Source: Protoeuglena noctilucae
Lineage: Eukaryota
DNA length: 64,000 bases
Reading direction: 5' to 3'
NCBI GenBank assembly: GCA_958009085.1
Contig: OY253676.1
Coordinates: 372,001 to 436,000 of the forward strand
Shown here one piece after another: positions 36,801 through 50,000 of this stretch (position 1 is the first letter of the stretch; each line of letters begins with the position of its first letter). The translations under genes were made by a program, and so were the position numbers. The notes beneath the pieces were generated by a model, which saw nothing but the letters and a program-made list of their open reading frames with translations, did not search any database and had not been told where the DNA came from.

Positions 36801-39800
36801 TCGTGCCGCACCGTCCGCAGCATGCGCACGAACAGCGACATGAGCGTCGAGTTGATGAGGAAGTTGGCCGTGCCCGCGTCCCCGCAGAGGGACTCGAAAT
36901 ACGCCAGGATGTTGATCTTGTCCGTCATGGCGCTGCGGGGCACGGGGCGAGTGCAAAGGGGCGTGAGGTTGCGCGGGGCAGTGGCAGAAGCAGTGCTGGT
37001 GAGAGTGTCTGTGGCCGGCCGTGGACCCAGCTGGTGACCAAGGCGACAAGGAACACGCGTGCTTTTGCCAGCAGTCACTTGCCCGGCACACTGGGGCCGT
37101 GCCGGGCCAGCGCCTCACCTGGAAGACGACAGAGCTGCGTAGATCTGCTGCAGGAAGGTTTCCAGAGACGCGGCGGGTGCCATGAGGACTTCTTGCAAGG
37201 ATAGGGGCTTGAAGGGCAGGGACCCTGTGGGAATGAGCGAATTGGTGGTGCATGCGATGGGTCGGATGGATGGATGTAAGCGGTAACAGACCCACGCTTT
37301 GCAACAAACACCAACGGGTTCCTGACCTGGATCCCATCGTGGCTCGGGAACGCGCTCGATGCGCCGGTTGCCGACGATCGGCTTGACCACCATGTCGCTC
37401 GCATGCCACACGACGTCGTCCAATCGGACATCCCCCCGCGCGGCGCCCATAGACTCGAGATTCCCACGCACCCCCACTCCCAGGCCCCCCGCCGCGGACT
37501 CGTCCGCTTCCCCGGCCTCCTCCCCGCGCTTTCCCGCGCGAGGGTTCAGGCCGAGCTGCGGGGTGGCGCTGGGCCGGGCATCCACCACCGACGGCGACCC
37601 CATGCGCGCCGCCTGCTGAGACAGCGTGCTCTCGACGCTCTCCGCCCGCTGCAGCGGCGCCGCCTGGCCCGCCCCCGTCCCCGGGCCGGGGCCGGGCGGC
37701 TCCCCGGGCAGCCCCATCTCCCGGCGCTCGCGCCGGGTGCCACCCACCCCTCCCGCCTCGCGCGACACGCTCGCCGGGGCCGTCGCGAGCGCCGCCCGCG
37801 CGGACGAAGCTTGCGACGCGTCCCGAGGCCCCGGCTGCGAGGTGGACACGGATGATGGCACCCCAGACCCCGCCGGCTGGGAGCTGGGCCGCGCTCCCTC
37901 GGACGACCCCAGCGCCGTCTCCTCCTCCTCCGCATCGGCGCGCTCCTCGAAATCCAACTGCGGAACACGGCGCGGTGAGGCGAATCCGCACGGGCCGCTC
38001 AGCCAAGCCATTGGGAGTGAGCGGCGATGTGTCTGGCACGCTGGCTCGACAACTTCGGGTTGTTACCACAGCTGTGCATGATACGCGAGTCCCACGCCCC
38101 GCTCACCTCGGCGTCCGTGTTGTCTAAGGCCACGTCGCCGCCCTGCACCCGGGCATGCCCTCCCGGCCCCGCGCCGCCCCCGGCACCCGTCCGCTGCTTC
38201 CCGTAGTCCCCGCCCGCGTCCGCGTCGCCCTGCTCCTTCTCCACGTTGCGCGACGCGATCTGCGAGATGCGAAACACGTCCACGCTCCGCCGCGCGTCGG
38301 CCGCCTGGGCCCGCGAACGCCTCACGGGGTCCTCGGCCCCCATCGGCGCCGGCTCGGGGGCCAGACCGTGCCGGCGGATGAAGGCATCCAGGGCGGGCTC
38401 CGCGGGGATGTCCCGGAGCGTGATGGGCGCTTTCCAGAAGGGGTGCTTGACTGCAAGCGGCATGCGAGAGCCGCAGGTGAGTGCCGCAGACCTCCCGCCG
38501 GGATCTCATTGCCTAATCCGCCCAGCGCGGACTACCACGCCGCTTCGGCGACCGTTCGGGGCGCATGAACGGGCGCATGAGGAGTGCGTGGAAGCCCACG
38601 TGTCCCAGCCACGCTCACCAATGTCGTGCCACGCGATGCGAGTGGCGGGGTTCTTGTCGAGCATGCGGGAGACGAGGTCCTGGAAAGCCGGGGAGTTGCC
38701 CTGAAGTGGTGCGGGCTCCGAGTGGAGGATGTCCGAGACAAGCTGGGCCAGGGTCGGGGCCACGAAGGGCGGCCGGCCGCTCGCCATCTCGTACAGCACG
38801 CATCCCAGGGACCAGATGTCCGATCTGAGGGTAAGGGAATCGAGACAGGCGCAGCGTCGGCGTCGAACAGGTTGAGAGAGGGCCGGCTGTTGCGTGGAAT
38901 GATGCAGCGGGAGCCCAACACCAGACCCTGGGTTGCATCGGCTCGCCTGGTGGAGTGGATGGCGCCTTCCATGAACAGCTCCGGCGCCATGTAGACGGGC
39001 GTCCCGTGCTTGGCCGTGGGCAACGGCTGCCCCGCCTGGGCCTGGCGGTTGATCTCGGTCAGCTTGCGGCTGAGGCCGAACCCGCCCAGCTTGAGCCGGC
39101 CGTTCTCGTCGAGCAGCACGTTGGACGGCTTGAGGTCGCAGTAAATGAAGCCCCGGTTGTGGAGGTACGTGAGAGACGAGACCAGGTCACGGGCAAAGTC
39201 GTGGATGGACGTCTCCGGGAGGGACATGTCCTGCTTGAGGAGAGCCAGGAGCGATCCCCCGACGCAGTACTCGAGAATCAACCACAGGTGGTTGGTCGTC
39301 TCGTACCAGGCGAAGAACTTCAGGACGCCCTGGTTGTCGAGCACATGCATTGCCTTAACCTCTTGCAGCACCCTGCGAAGCGCGGGAGCGTCGCGGGCCT
39401 CCGCCGGCGCGACTGTGCGATAATCGAGGGCATAGTGGATGCGGACGCGGGCCGCTCGCCTCGGCTTCTGGTCCTTGTCGACTGACTTGATGGCGTAATA
39501 GCTGATGGTGTGTTTCTTCCTCCCCTTGTAGACCACCGAGTGCTTCCCCCGGCCCACCGCCTCGTAGATGTGATAGTTGTTCTGCAGGGCGAGCGGGGGC
39601 CTCTCACGGATCGACGGCGCGGAGCCTCAGCGGGGGAAGCTGCGGCGTCGCCGAGCAGCTCAACCCAGCCAGGCAAGCTCCCAGCGCCGCGACCCTCGCG
39701 CGAGAGGTTCGGGTCTGCCATGTGGGACTGGCGTCGAAGACAAAGATCCGCGCGGAGATCCGATCCAGCCTCCTCCGGGCTCGGGCCACGACCGCAACGC

Positions 39801-39813
39801 TGCCCCTCACCAT
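33863..39813 (-). CDS. RUK: RUNKEL/ULK4 pseudokinase with C-terminal ARM/HEAT repeats
   Basis: MNNYHIYEAVGRGKHSVVYKGRKKHTISYYAIKSVDK, WYETTNHLWLILEYCVGG, YCDLKPSN, WHASDMVVKPIVGN, GRLVRHATYI and VRRRAMGALGELLFF. The first coding exon is ATG only (39813-39811). Confidence 0.93.
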
Positions 39814-40464
39814 GATGCACCGCTCCCCGGTCTCAGGCGCGGCGGAGCCAAGTCAGGGCAATGCACTGAAACCTTCCAGCTCCTCCTCAAATCACGGCAC
39901 CGGCACGAGCGGAAGCTCGCTGCGCGATGCGTTTCCGAGTGATGGCAAGGAGGCCTGGGCAACCATACTAGGGCTAGCCAACCTCAACAATTTGCACTGA
40001 ACAACGGAGCGACAGGGCTCGCCAGGCCCTCCGCCGGCTGTCCTCCGCGTCGACAGACCGCCCGGACCCTGAAACGCCCAACACGGAGGAGCGTCCCCCA
40101 ACACATAGACTGGACGACCAAGCGGTGCGACGCGTGAAACGACTTGCCACTCAGCGGGGAGGGTAGAACACTCTGACACAGAAAGCTCAGCCTTCTGGTG
40201 TGCGAGGGGGCGCCAGGAGCTACGGGACGACAGAGAATACCGATGGGGTCTCGCCGCCGAGGCCATCGTCGGAACCGTGGCAACCCCGCGGCTTTCTCGT
40301 GACTGCCTCTGAGCCAAGGAGTTCAAAGTTTCAGCGCGCACCGTCGGCGCGCCTCCCGATATCTACTCGCCGCTGGTGTGGAGGACATCACCCCTATCGC
40401 TGGCGCCCCAGCTGGCCCAGATTTAGCGGCGGGCGTCGCTCCCGCCAAGGCCCTGCAGCGCGGG

Positions 40465-43400
40465 ATGCCGGCGAAGGAGATAACCGCCGAGCTGGTGCAG
40501 GGGCTGACGAGGAAGTATGGGCGGGTGACGTCGCTCAATTTGGAGCGGAACGGTGAGGGGACGGCGACGCGGTGGGTCGTCGTCGCATCCAGAGCCACGG
40601 TATTGGGTGCACGAATTGCCTGGAAAGCCGCTTGTCGGGGCAGACACCGCTCAAGCATCGGGGGCTTGAATTCGCTGTGCTACTTGGTTGTCCCTGTCGG
40701 GACCGAGACTCTCCCGCGTGGCTGCAGGGCTGGAGAGCATTGCCGGGCTGCACTTACTGCCCGACCTGCAGTCGCTGAGCTTGGCGGGAAATGCCATCGT
40801 CTCCCTGAACGATCTCCCGAACCTTCCGTCCCTCACGCGCCTGTCGCTGGCCCGCAACGGCATCCAGGACGTCCCCCGCACGGCGTTTCAACACACCCCG
40901 GTGCCTTGCGACCCGCTCTGGAGTTGCGTTTGGTCCACGGGCGCCTTCTGGCTTCCTAATTACCCATTTTACTTCCTCCCGCAGGCACTGGAGCATCTGG
41001 ACCTCCGTGGCAATGGCATCGACAGCCTCACTCGCCTCGCATCGGCACTCTCCCGCCTGCCGCACCTTCGCTCGCTGCTCTTGGAGGGCAACCCGGTGTG
41101 CCGGCACCCGGGATACCCCGCCGCGCTCGTCGACTTCTTGCCGAGCATCGAGACACTCGACGACACGCCCGTCACCACCCTGGCCCGAGGCCCCTCACCC
41201 AGCGCAAGCCCCAGCCGGGGCACAGAGTCTGCCGCGCGCAGTGAGAGCGACACCGGTGCGTGACGAATCCATTCTGGCGCTTCTCTTTCCTAATGTGCCC
41301 GTCGGCCCTCTCAATGTCGATCCACCCTGTGCTCGTGGACCTCTGCAGGCGATGTGGACGAGAGCTCCTATGCCTCCCGGGACACCGCGACGCGGAGCCG
41401 TGAGTCCGACATATCGGCAGAATCACCCTCCCGCTCCCTTGGGGCGGGCCCGGGCGCTAGAGGGGCCATGTCGATGGGGCCGGGCGCGGGCCGCAATGCG
41501 ACGGCAGGTCCGGGCAAGGGTGCGCGGAGAGTGACGCGCGCGGCGGCGGCGTGGACGCCCTCGCCGGGCTCATCGCTGCGATTTACGGACGATGCTGGGG
41601 ACTCCAGCTCGGAGGAGGTGTCCGGGGCGACCTCGGAGGGTGCGGGCGGCGTCCATGCTCGGCCAATGCAGGCAGCCCCAGGGTCGCAGGAGCGGGCCCA
41701 GGCAACCGGATCCCGTGCCGTTGCGCCGCCCGTGCGTCCCGCGGACGCCTCGACGGACGCCTCGTCATTGGGCGCATGGGACCGCACACGCTCCGGGCCC
41801 AGCTCAGCCACGGCCTTGGGCCCTCCGCAAGCCACGGCGTCTTCGTCAGGGGAACCGGACACGCATAGCACGTGGACTTCCTCCGATTGGACTGGAGACG
41901 GTGTCTCACGTCGCAAGGGGCCCACGCCGGCCAGCAGTGCCGCACGCCCCGACCCGCCCCACACCCACCGCACGCCTGCCAAGGGCGGAGTGCGCTTGCC
42001 GGCGACCTCGCCCCAGGGGACGCGGGGAGCGGACTCGACAGAGCGCTCTGTGGACCGGGCGGCTGGCACCGTGGCAGCGGCTGACTTGCTTCGACGCATC
42101 CGGCGCGCCGTCGCTTTGCACCGGTCGACCGACACCGCAGAGGGCCGCAGCCAACCGGGCGGGTCTTTGCGAGAGTCGAAAGAGTCAGAGGCGGGGGCGG
42201 AGAGCAGCTCTGGAGCAGCGGGGTTGCGGGGTTGGCTGCACGCGGGCGCAGGTGTGGCGGACGCTGCAAAAGGACCTGTGCAGGGCGATGGGGCGACCCG
42301 GCAGGAGCTCCAGGAGATTTGGGACCTCCTGCGTTCCAGTGCAGAAGGTGCTGCTGCCCTGGGCGGAGGCGATGGGCTGGGCCGCGACGCAGGTGTGTGC
42401 CCACGCTTAGGTATCGGCGTCACAGTCACGGTGCTTGCTAGGCGAGGCGTCGGTCCATGGCTCTCGTTGTCGACTGCTTGCAGAGGAGGACGTGCTGCGG
42501 GAGATCCTCAGCGAGCTGCGGTCGGCGCCGTCGCTGCCCCAGTCGCCGCCCCCCGAGCTGCCAGCGTCGCTGCTGGCCAGCACCGAGGGCAGCGAGCTTC
42601 GGGACCTCCGGGATGGAATCAGGCGAGTGGATGTTTTGAGCAAAGGGCTTTGAGCATGATGCGGCAGCTGTGCCGGCGTGGAAGTCAGTTTGTGCGCTGG
42701 CGCTCGCCTTTGCAACAGCGTCGCTGATTGACGGCGCTCATCAAGCGGCAGCTCCGTTGCCGCAGGGACTTGGTGGAGCGCGTGTCGCGTGTCGAGGCGT
42801 CGGTGTCCGCTGCGCGGCTCACCCGGGACGCGATGCGGTGGGAGGCGTTACGGGGACCGGAGCCAGCGTCGCTGCCACCCCCAGGCCAAGGTCTCATGCC
42901 AGGCTCAGGGTCGCAGCCCGGGCAGATTGCCGGCCCAGGCTTGCCATCATGGCACCACGGCGCCTCCCCTGCATTTCAGGGAGTGTCACGTGGCCTAACG
43001 ACGGACGGCTCCGTGCCTATCCCGCATGCCAGCCTCTCAACCACGCCCCCCGCCGCCGGGGCACCCCTGGGCCAGGGCTTCACGTGGCATGGCCTGGACG
43101 CCGCCCGCGTGCTGGGACCCGGCGCTGCTCAGGTCACCAGCTCCTGGGCAGCTTTCGGTCGTGGACAATTCGTTCACGGGACGGCGCCAATGCCGCTGAC
43201 GGCATCAGGGCCCCTCTGGGTCGCTGCAACGCCCCAGTCCGAGAGCGCCGTCCCCGCCCCGCCGGCCGGTTGGCTGGGAGCACGCGAGGCTGCCGTGCAG
43301 ACCTGCAAAACAGAGAGCAGGACCAGGGACCTGCAAGAGTCGATTGGAGCCGCCAAGGCTGGCAGTGAGGCGGGCCTCAGCCGAGCGGAGGCCGACGGGA

Positions 43401-46400
43401 GCCTTGCGAGCGGGCCACCGTCGCCAAGTAAGGAGGGTGCCGGGGAGGGCGCCATGGAGCCAGGCACAGTGTCGGATGTTCGCGACAGTGGCGCCGGCTC
43501 CAGGGTTCACTCAGCTGGATCTGTGGGGCAGGGAGGTTCACACGGCGTGGCGGCTGGCGCAGTCACGCCAGCATCGCCCGGCGACGTCCCTGTCCAGAAT
43601 GACGCGGAGGCGAGGGCACTCGGAGCCAGCTCAAGGAAAGCAGAGGGTTCCGCCAGCCGCAGTCGCGGCCATAGCCGCGTCGAGATGGGCGTGCAGTGCA
43701 CCGCGGGGAGCGTGGCCAGCAGCCTCGAGTCTGGATTCACGTCAGGCTGGGACGTGGAAGGCGATGCGTGTCAGTCAAACGACGGCCCCACGGATGTGCC
43801 AGGCGCGGGAGCGAGCCGGGGCGGCCGCTTAGGCGTGCGGGACACGCCAGGGACGACCGTGGAGAGCTCCAGCAGGAAGCCCGACGACAGCGCGGCGGCG
43901 ATGACATGGACGCCGTCGGTGGTCACGGGCACGGCACCCTCGCTTCCCTGCGATGGGTCCCCAGCTCGGCCTTCCACCGGCGCCGACCGAGATGAGGCGA
44001 GGCCAGATCCGCAGGCAGGTCGTCTGCGCGCGGCAGGCTCGCACAGCCACCCCCTCACGCCCATGTCCGTCTCACCAGTTGTCGAGCCCAGCGCTGTGGG
44101 TCGCCAAGCAGCGAGTGGTGGGCCTGGCTCCCCGCGCCGGGCCCTCGATCGCGGATTTGAGGCATGGGGAGCCGAGCCGGCCAGTCTCGGCACGGTGAGC
44201 GGGACCTCGTTCGGGGCCCGCGACGGCGAGGCCGGCACTGCGCAGAGCGAGCGGCACCCGGACGGCACCCACGCCTCTATGAGCGATGTGCCCTCGTCTG
44301 CGCCCACTCCCTCCGGGCTCAGCGCGCTGTGGGAGGAGTGCCTCTTCCTGCGGCAGCGGTGCCGGGAGCTGGAGCTGCGCGGCGCATCTGGGGTCCACGG
44401 GGACACGTCCGTCGTCAGCGCCGCGGCAGGGAGGGACAAAGGTAGCGTGAGCAGGGGCAGCAGAGACAGACTCGAGGTGTCTTTGGCGGAGAGTCAGGGG
44501 CTTGTGCGTCCGGGAGTCGGTGCAGAGGGCCCCGGGGCAGCTGGAGGGGAGCAGGTGCGTGGCAGGGGCGCCGCGACATGATGACGAGGCTTGCAGAACC
44601 CTTTGGATGACTTTGCATAGCAGCCTTATAGTGAAAGTATGCTTTTCCTGCTCGCTCTCCGCCTCTCGACGACCCGGATGCTGTGCATTTGCGTCTCCAG
44701 GTCTCACTCTTGCTCGCCAGAAACGCGCGTCTGGAGGCGCAGCTGCGGGCGGCCGAGGAGCTGTTGGCCCAGGCGGAGGAGGCGCTGTTCCTTCGCGGCG
44801 ACCACGCGCCGGCCGACGCTGCCACGAGGTCGGGGGCGGGCAACGATCAGGCGGCGGCGGCGGCGGCAGCGGAGCGGCTGGCGCAGGTCGAGGCGGAGCG
44901 GGACGAGCTGCGGGCGCGCGTGGTGCAAGCGGAGGCGATGTTGGCGGACGCGGAGGGCCGAGCAGCGGCAGCCGAGGCCCGAGCTGCAGAAGCAGAGGCC
45001 AAGGTGGCAGACGTCGCGAGCCGCGCCTCAGCGTGTGATGCCCGGGCAGCGGAGGCGGAGGCTGTGGCGGCCGATGCCGAGTCTCGAGCAGCAGAGGCAG
45101 AGATCCGCGCAGCAGAGGCCGACAGCCGCGCAGCGGTGGCGGAGGCCAAGGCGGCAGAGGCCGTGACCCGAGTTGCTGCATCCGATTCCCGGGCTGCGGA
45201 GGCGGATGTCAGGGCCGCGAGCGCCGTCGAGAGGGCTTCCCAGGCCGAGGAGCGCGCGAGGAAGGCCGAGGTGGACAGAGACGGTGCTGGGCACTCGGCA
45301 TCGGAGGCGCTCGCTCGGGCAGAAGCTGCAGAGGGCAGGGCGGCACAAGCCGAGGCCGGGGCTCGCGTTTTGGTCCCTAAATTTACAGCCCTGGCGTCCC
45401 TGGTGGAGCGCCAGCAGAAGCTCCTCGCATCGGCGGACGCCGCGGTCCAGCGGGCCACTGCCAGCGCCACCTTTGCCGCGAGACGCGTCGTCACCTTGGG
45501 CACCATCCTCTGTCCTGAGCAGGATGAGCTCGCTGCCTGCACGGCGGGATCGGTTCCACAGTCGACCTGTGGGATCCAGGGCGATATTCAGGACGCCCCC
45601 AATGTGGTGGGTCCCTCGCTGCGGGCCCCGGCTGCAAGCAGTAGCGTGCGGGAGGCGTCTCAGAGCCTCAGCATGAGCGTAGTCCAGCGAGCGTGGGAGG
45701 CAGAGGCCCACCGGCTGCAGGCGGAGCGGGGCGCGCTGGTGGCCCAGCTGCGGGCCACAGAGACACACAGGCGAGCACCACAGTGCTGGGCTCATTGACA
45801 CGGGCATGGGCACGGAGCGCGGGTGCAGAAGCTTGTTTCCCTTATCTCCGCAGTCGCCACGCGGAACGAGACCTCGCAGCAGCACTGGCGGAGCTCCGGG
45901 ACGCAGCAGCCCTTTCTGCTCAGCTCGTCCGCGAAAAGGGGGAGCTCGTGGCGCGCCTGGAGGAGGCGGCTCGGCAAACCCAAGAAGCTCAGAGGGCGGT
46001 GGCGGGAGGGAGCCAAAAGGCGAGGGACTGGTTGAGGGTGCAGCCGTGCTGTCGGCAGCGGCGCTGGTTCGTGCGTTTAGCGACTCCTTGCTCTCGCTGA
46101 CGCCAGGACAAACAATCAGCGTCCATTGCCAGCCTGCGCCCTTCCACCCTCTCCGCCACCCACGCCACGGTCCCATCGCGCAGGTGGAGGCAGCCGCTCG
46201 GGAGAGCGAAGAGTCCCTGCGCAAGGAGCTCGCAGCGGTACAAGCAGCGCTCTCCGACGCGCAGCGGGAGCGGCGGGCGGCAGAGGAGCGGGCGGCCGAG
46301 GTGTCCCGCCGAGACGCAGAGAGGGCCCGAGAAGGCGAAGCGCGTGCGGAGGAGCTGGCGCGTCGTCTCGCGACGTGCGAGGACTCACTCACTTCTCTGA

Positions 46401-46747
46401 GGCGGGAGCGGGAGGCCCTCGTCGCGCTGCTGTCCGCGCTGCAGCAGCGGGGGCCCCGGGCGGGCATGCACGAGGAAGCAGGCAGTGACGAGGACCTTCA
46501 AGGCGGACCTGAGGGCGGTCGAGGCCCCGTCGAGGGGCTAGGCTCGAAGCCTTTGGGCGACCATTGGGCTGGGGCGGCAACGGTGCATGCGAGAGCTACT
46601 GGCGAGAAGGACGGGGCTGGGGCGGGGAGGCCAGCCCTCCCTGCGCCGAGGCCGGGCGTCCTGCCTCCTGGGCTGCTGGAGAGGGTGCGCGCTTTGGAGC
46701 TGCTCGGGGCCGAAATGGGTTTCGCCCACTTTGGCCAGTCCTGCTGA
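40465..46747 (+). CDS. N-terminal SDS22-type LRR + LRRcap, long disordered middle and C-terminal coiled coil (centriolin/LRRCC1/CEP72-like architecture)
   Basis: ITAELVQGL...VTSLNLERN, LQSLSLAGNAI, LTRLSLARNGI, LEHLDLRGNGI, LRSLLLEGNPVC and YPAALVDFLPSIETLDDTPV. Coiled coils at about 44700-46450. Confidence 0.75.
44950..45360 (+). repeat. Degenerate 21-nt (heptad AAEAEAR-like) coding repeat
   Basis: Translation AAAAEAR AAEAEAK ... AAEAEAV AADAESR AAEAEIR AAEADSR AAVAEAK AAEAVTR. Confidence 0.75.
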
Positions 46748-47097
46748 TTGTTGATGCGCTCCTGGCACGCAACGCGGTTGTGAGTTCGAGGCGGCAGATG
46801 CACGGCGCATGTGCTGCAATGCAAATCTAGCGTGGTTTTGGCAAACGAATTCCTAAGCTAGTCGGTGGATCGGAACAGGAGCGCTAAAAAAGGTGGCGTA
46901 ACCACGCTAGATTTGTCAGAACTGAAACTGGAATTGCAAATGCAGGTTTTCCTAGGGAAAACAGACGGGCTCACGCATCGTATGACCTCTCTCGTCAACA
47001 GCTCTTAAAAGCTTCGCCTCTACTCTGGCTGGGTAATGCAGAAATGGTCCGGCCTTGATGAACTCAGCACTACAACTTTGCAACACGCATGACTTGC

Positions 47098-50000
47098 TCA
47101 CTTGCGGCGGCCCTTCTCGCCATCATCAGCTTGTCCCTCTCCAGCCTGCAGAAAAGGCAAATAGATAGCTCATTTTCAGTCAGAGATAAAAATGCCAAAA
47201 GAATGCCGAGGCACTGCCCCATGCAAAGCACGTTAGTTGCCAGAGCCTTCACCTTCTCGTCCTTCTTCTCATTGCTGTCCTGGTCTCTCGACTCTGCCAA
47301 GTCCATGAGGTTCTCCTCGTTAGTCGACGACACCATCTCCTCGACCAGCGCGACCACCGCCTCCTCGATGGCCAGCTCCTTGGGCAGCTCGGCCATGAGG
47401 TGCGACAGGCGCAGGGCATCCACGCCCAGCAGCCGCTGGAGCGGCCGCAGCAGGAAGATGGTGTAGCTGCGAGAAAGGGGCGGCGGAGGCCATGGGCCCC
47501 TTTGGCAGCGGCGTGCCCAGTTGCGACGCCCGGCGCCACTGGGATGACCAGAGAGTACGCTGCTGGCCGAGGATGCGCACCTAATCCCAGCAGTGATCGT
47601 CCCGACCAGCAGGAGGACGTGCAGGGCGACGATGGTGTTGACAATCGTGCTCTGCGACTGCCCGGCCGCCCTGATCTTCGTCTGGGCGTTTGCGATCGAG
47701 TCGTCGCCCTGGGTCTGCAGGAACGTGTACCTGCGTGGCAGAGGATGGAGGCGGACGGTGAATTGCCCGAGGACCTGGAACGCTGCACCGCAACAGCCCC
47801 TCGTTGACAGCAAGGGTCCTGCTGCTGCTTGAACAGGGACGAGCTCTTACCTACCAAGTGCGCACAGACCCGTCTCACCTGCTGTTGGTGACGGTGAGGG
47901 CCGTGTCCTGTTCGTCCGGGAGGGCATTCGTTTCGTCGCTGAAGCGGCTCATCAGCGCGTAGTAGCCACGCCCCACAGAGGGCCACAACGGGTCCGACTC
48001 GCTCACACAGCTGATGGACTGCATGGGGCGGCAGGGGGTGCGCTTGAGTGCCAGCGCAACCTCAACCGGTGAACAGACGCATGCTGCCTCTTCAGCTGAG
48101 GCAAGCACTCGAACACTCACGCTGAAGCACTGGTGGGTGAAGTAGATGTTCCGCAGCGTGGGGCTGAAGACGACTGTGCCGCCTGGGACGTGGTACTTGC
48201 CCATGAACGTGCTGTTGCCCCAGATCAGGGCATCGACCGCGCTCTGGACGATGACTTGGTTCAGTCTCAGCCGGTCTCTGCGAGGGCAGGGTCGCCTCAT
48301 CTCATGTCACCCAGCTGCGGTCGCTTCCTCTAAGAGCATGCAATGCAAGCATGGCGCAGGCTCACTTGACGGGCCCCGACGCCGTGGCCCAGGGCGACCC
48401 GTTGAGCCTGTTGATGGTGTCCACCACCAGGTCCGTCGTGCTGCAGAGCGTCTTGGACGTGTAGGCGGTCATCAGGTACGAGACGCGGGACGGCTCCAGC
48501 AACGTCGACGTCATGGACTGCAGCGCCCACGTGACCCCGTAGAGCACCCCCGCCACGACCGCCCACGCGCCGAAGGGACCCAGCACGCGCAGCACCACCG
48601 CCTGCTGCGTCCGCTGCTTGTTGCGCCTCGCCATGACCTGGTCCCGAGCCACTGCGGTCAGGTACAGGCAAGCGGGGAGTCGCCTAGGGCTGGGCATGCA
48701 CGCGGCTGCTCATGTCGCCGACGCTGCCTGCGTTTGCAGCACGACATGTTCGCCCGGCTCACCCTTGACGCGGTCGAAGTCGATCTTCTGCGAGAGCAGC
48801 AGGCGCATGGCCTTGGACGAGATGCCCGACGCCTTGGCGACCTCCATGGCGTTCTTCTCCGCCGAGTCCTCGTCCTGCTCCTCCTCCGCCAGCTCCTCCA
48901 GCATCGTCAGGTTCACGGGGCGCCTCGACATCTCCAGGATGAGGCCCCTCGGCGTGGCGATCAGCACCGACATCATCCCCGCGCGCACACGCAGGGACGC
49001 GGCGATCGCCCGGTGGATGAGCACGAGCCCGACGGGCACCAGGACGCCCAGGTTGATGGCCAGGAACACCACGGCGATGATGCCCAGCGTCAGCAAGTTG
49101 GACTTGGACACCTCCACCAGGGACCCCAGCAGCTCCTCGTAACGCCCCGCCAGGATGACCAGGCCGTTGTTCTTGAGGTACTGGAAGCTGGCCAGGGGCG
49201 CGATGTCCCCCTGGCTGAGGTCTGCCTCGGTCATCTTGGCCAGCTCCAGGCCGTAGCTGGCGTACGTGTTGCCGCATTCCCACAGATTGGTCATCTGCTG
49301 CTGGGCCTGGGCCCCCACCGTGTAGCTGCTGGCCGTCAGCACCGTGACCTGGATGTTCTGCACGAGCCAGATATCCTGCAAGCGAGGCACGGCACCGGGT
49401 TGCGGACCGCCGGTCGCAATTCATGCTTTCCAGCACTGCCCACACATCCAAGGGTGCGCACCGTGAAGATGGGCTTGTACTTCTTGTCCTTGAACATGGT
49501 CGCCGTGTGGTACAGCGCGTTGTGGTCGTCGAGGAAGGTCGTGGTTTTCCTCAGGAACAGCTCCTGGTTCCTCTGGAGGTCCGAGCCGGGGATGGGGGTG
49601 CCCACGGACAGCCCCTGGAGAAGCCTGGCGTGCCGCTTCATGTCGATGATGTCCTGCAGAGAGCAGACCAGCACGACCATCGCAAACTGTCCGCCGCACT
49701 CCACTCTCGGTGTTCAGGCACCTGATATGCCACCGCGACCAGGGGCGACTCGTGCATGCGTCTCGCCTTGATGGCTGCTCCGGCCTTCTGCACGTAAGTG
49801 CTGAGGGCCCTGTACTCCGAGACCCTGACCATGATGAGGGCGAAGGCGATGGCCTGGGCGGCGATGATGGCCAGCGACACAACCATCATGGTGTAGCGCG
49901 CCACAGTGACGGGGCGCATCATGACTTGAGAGGACAGCAGCGCGTAAATCCTCTTGAACTTGCGCCCGCGGATCTGCGAGTATGGACGCAGGCCCGTCAT

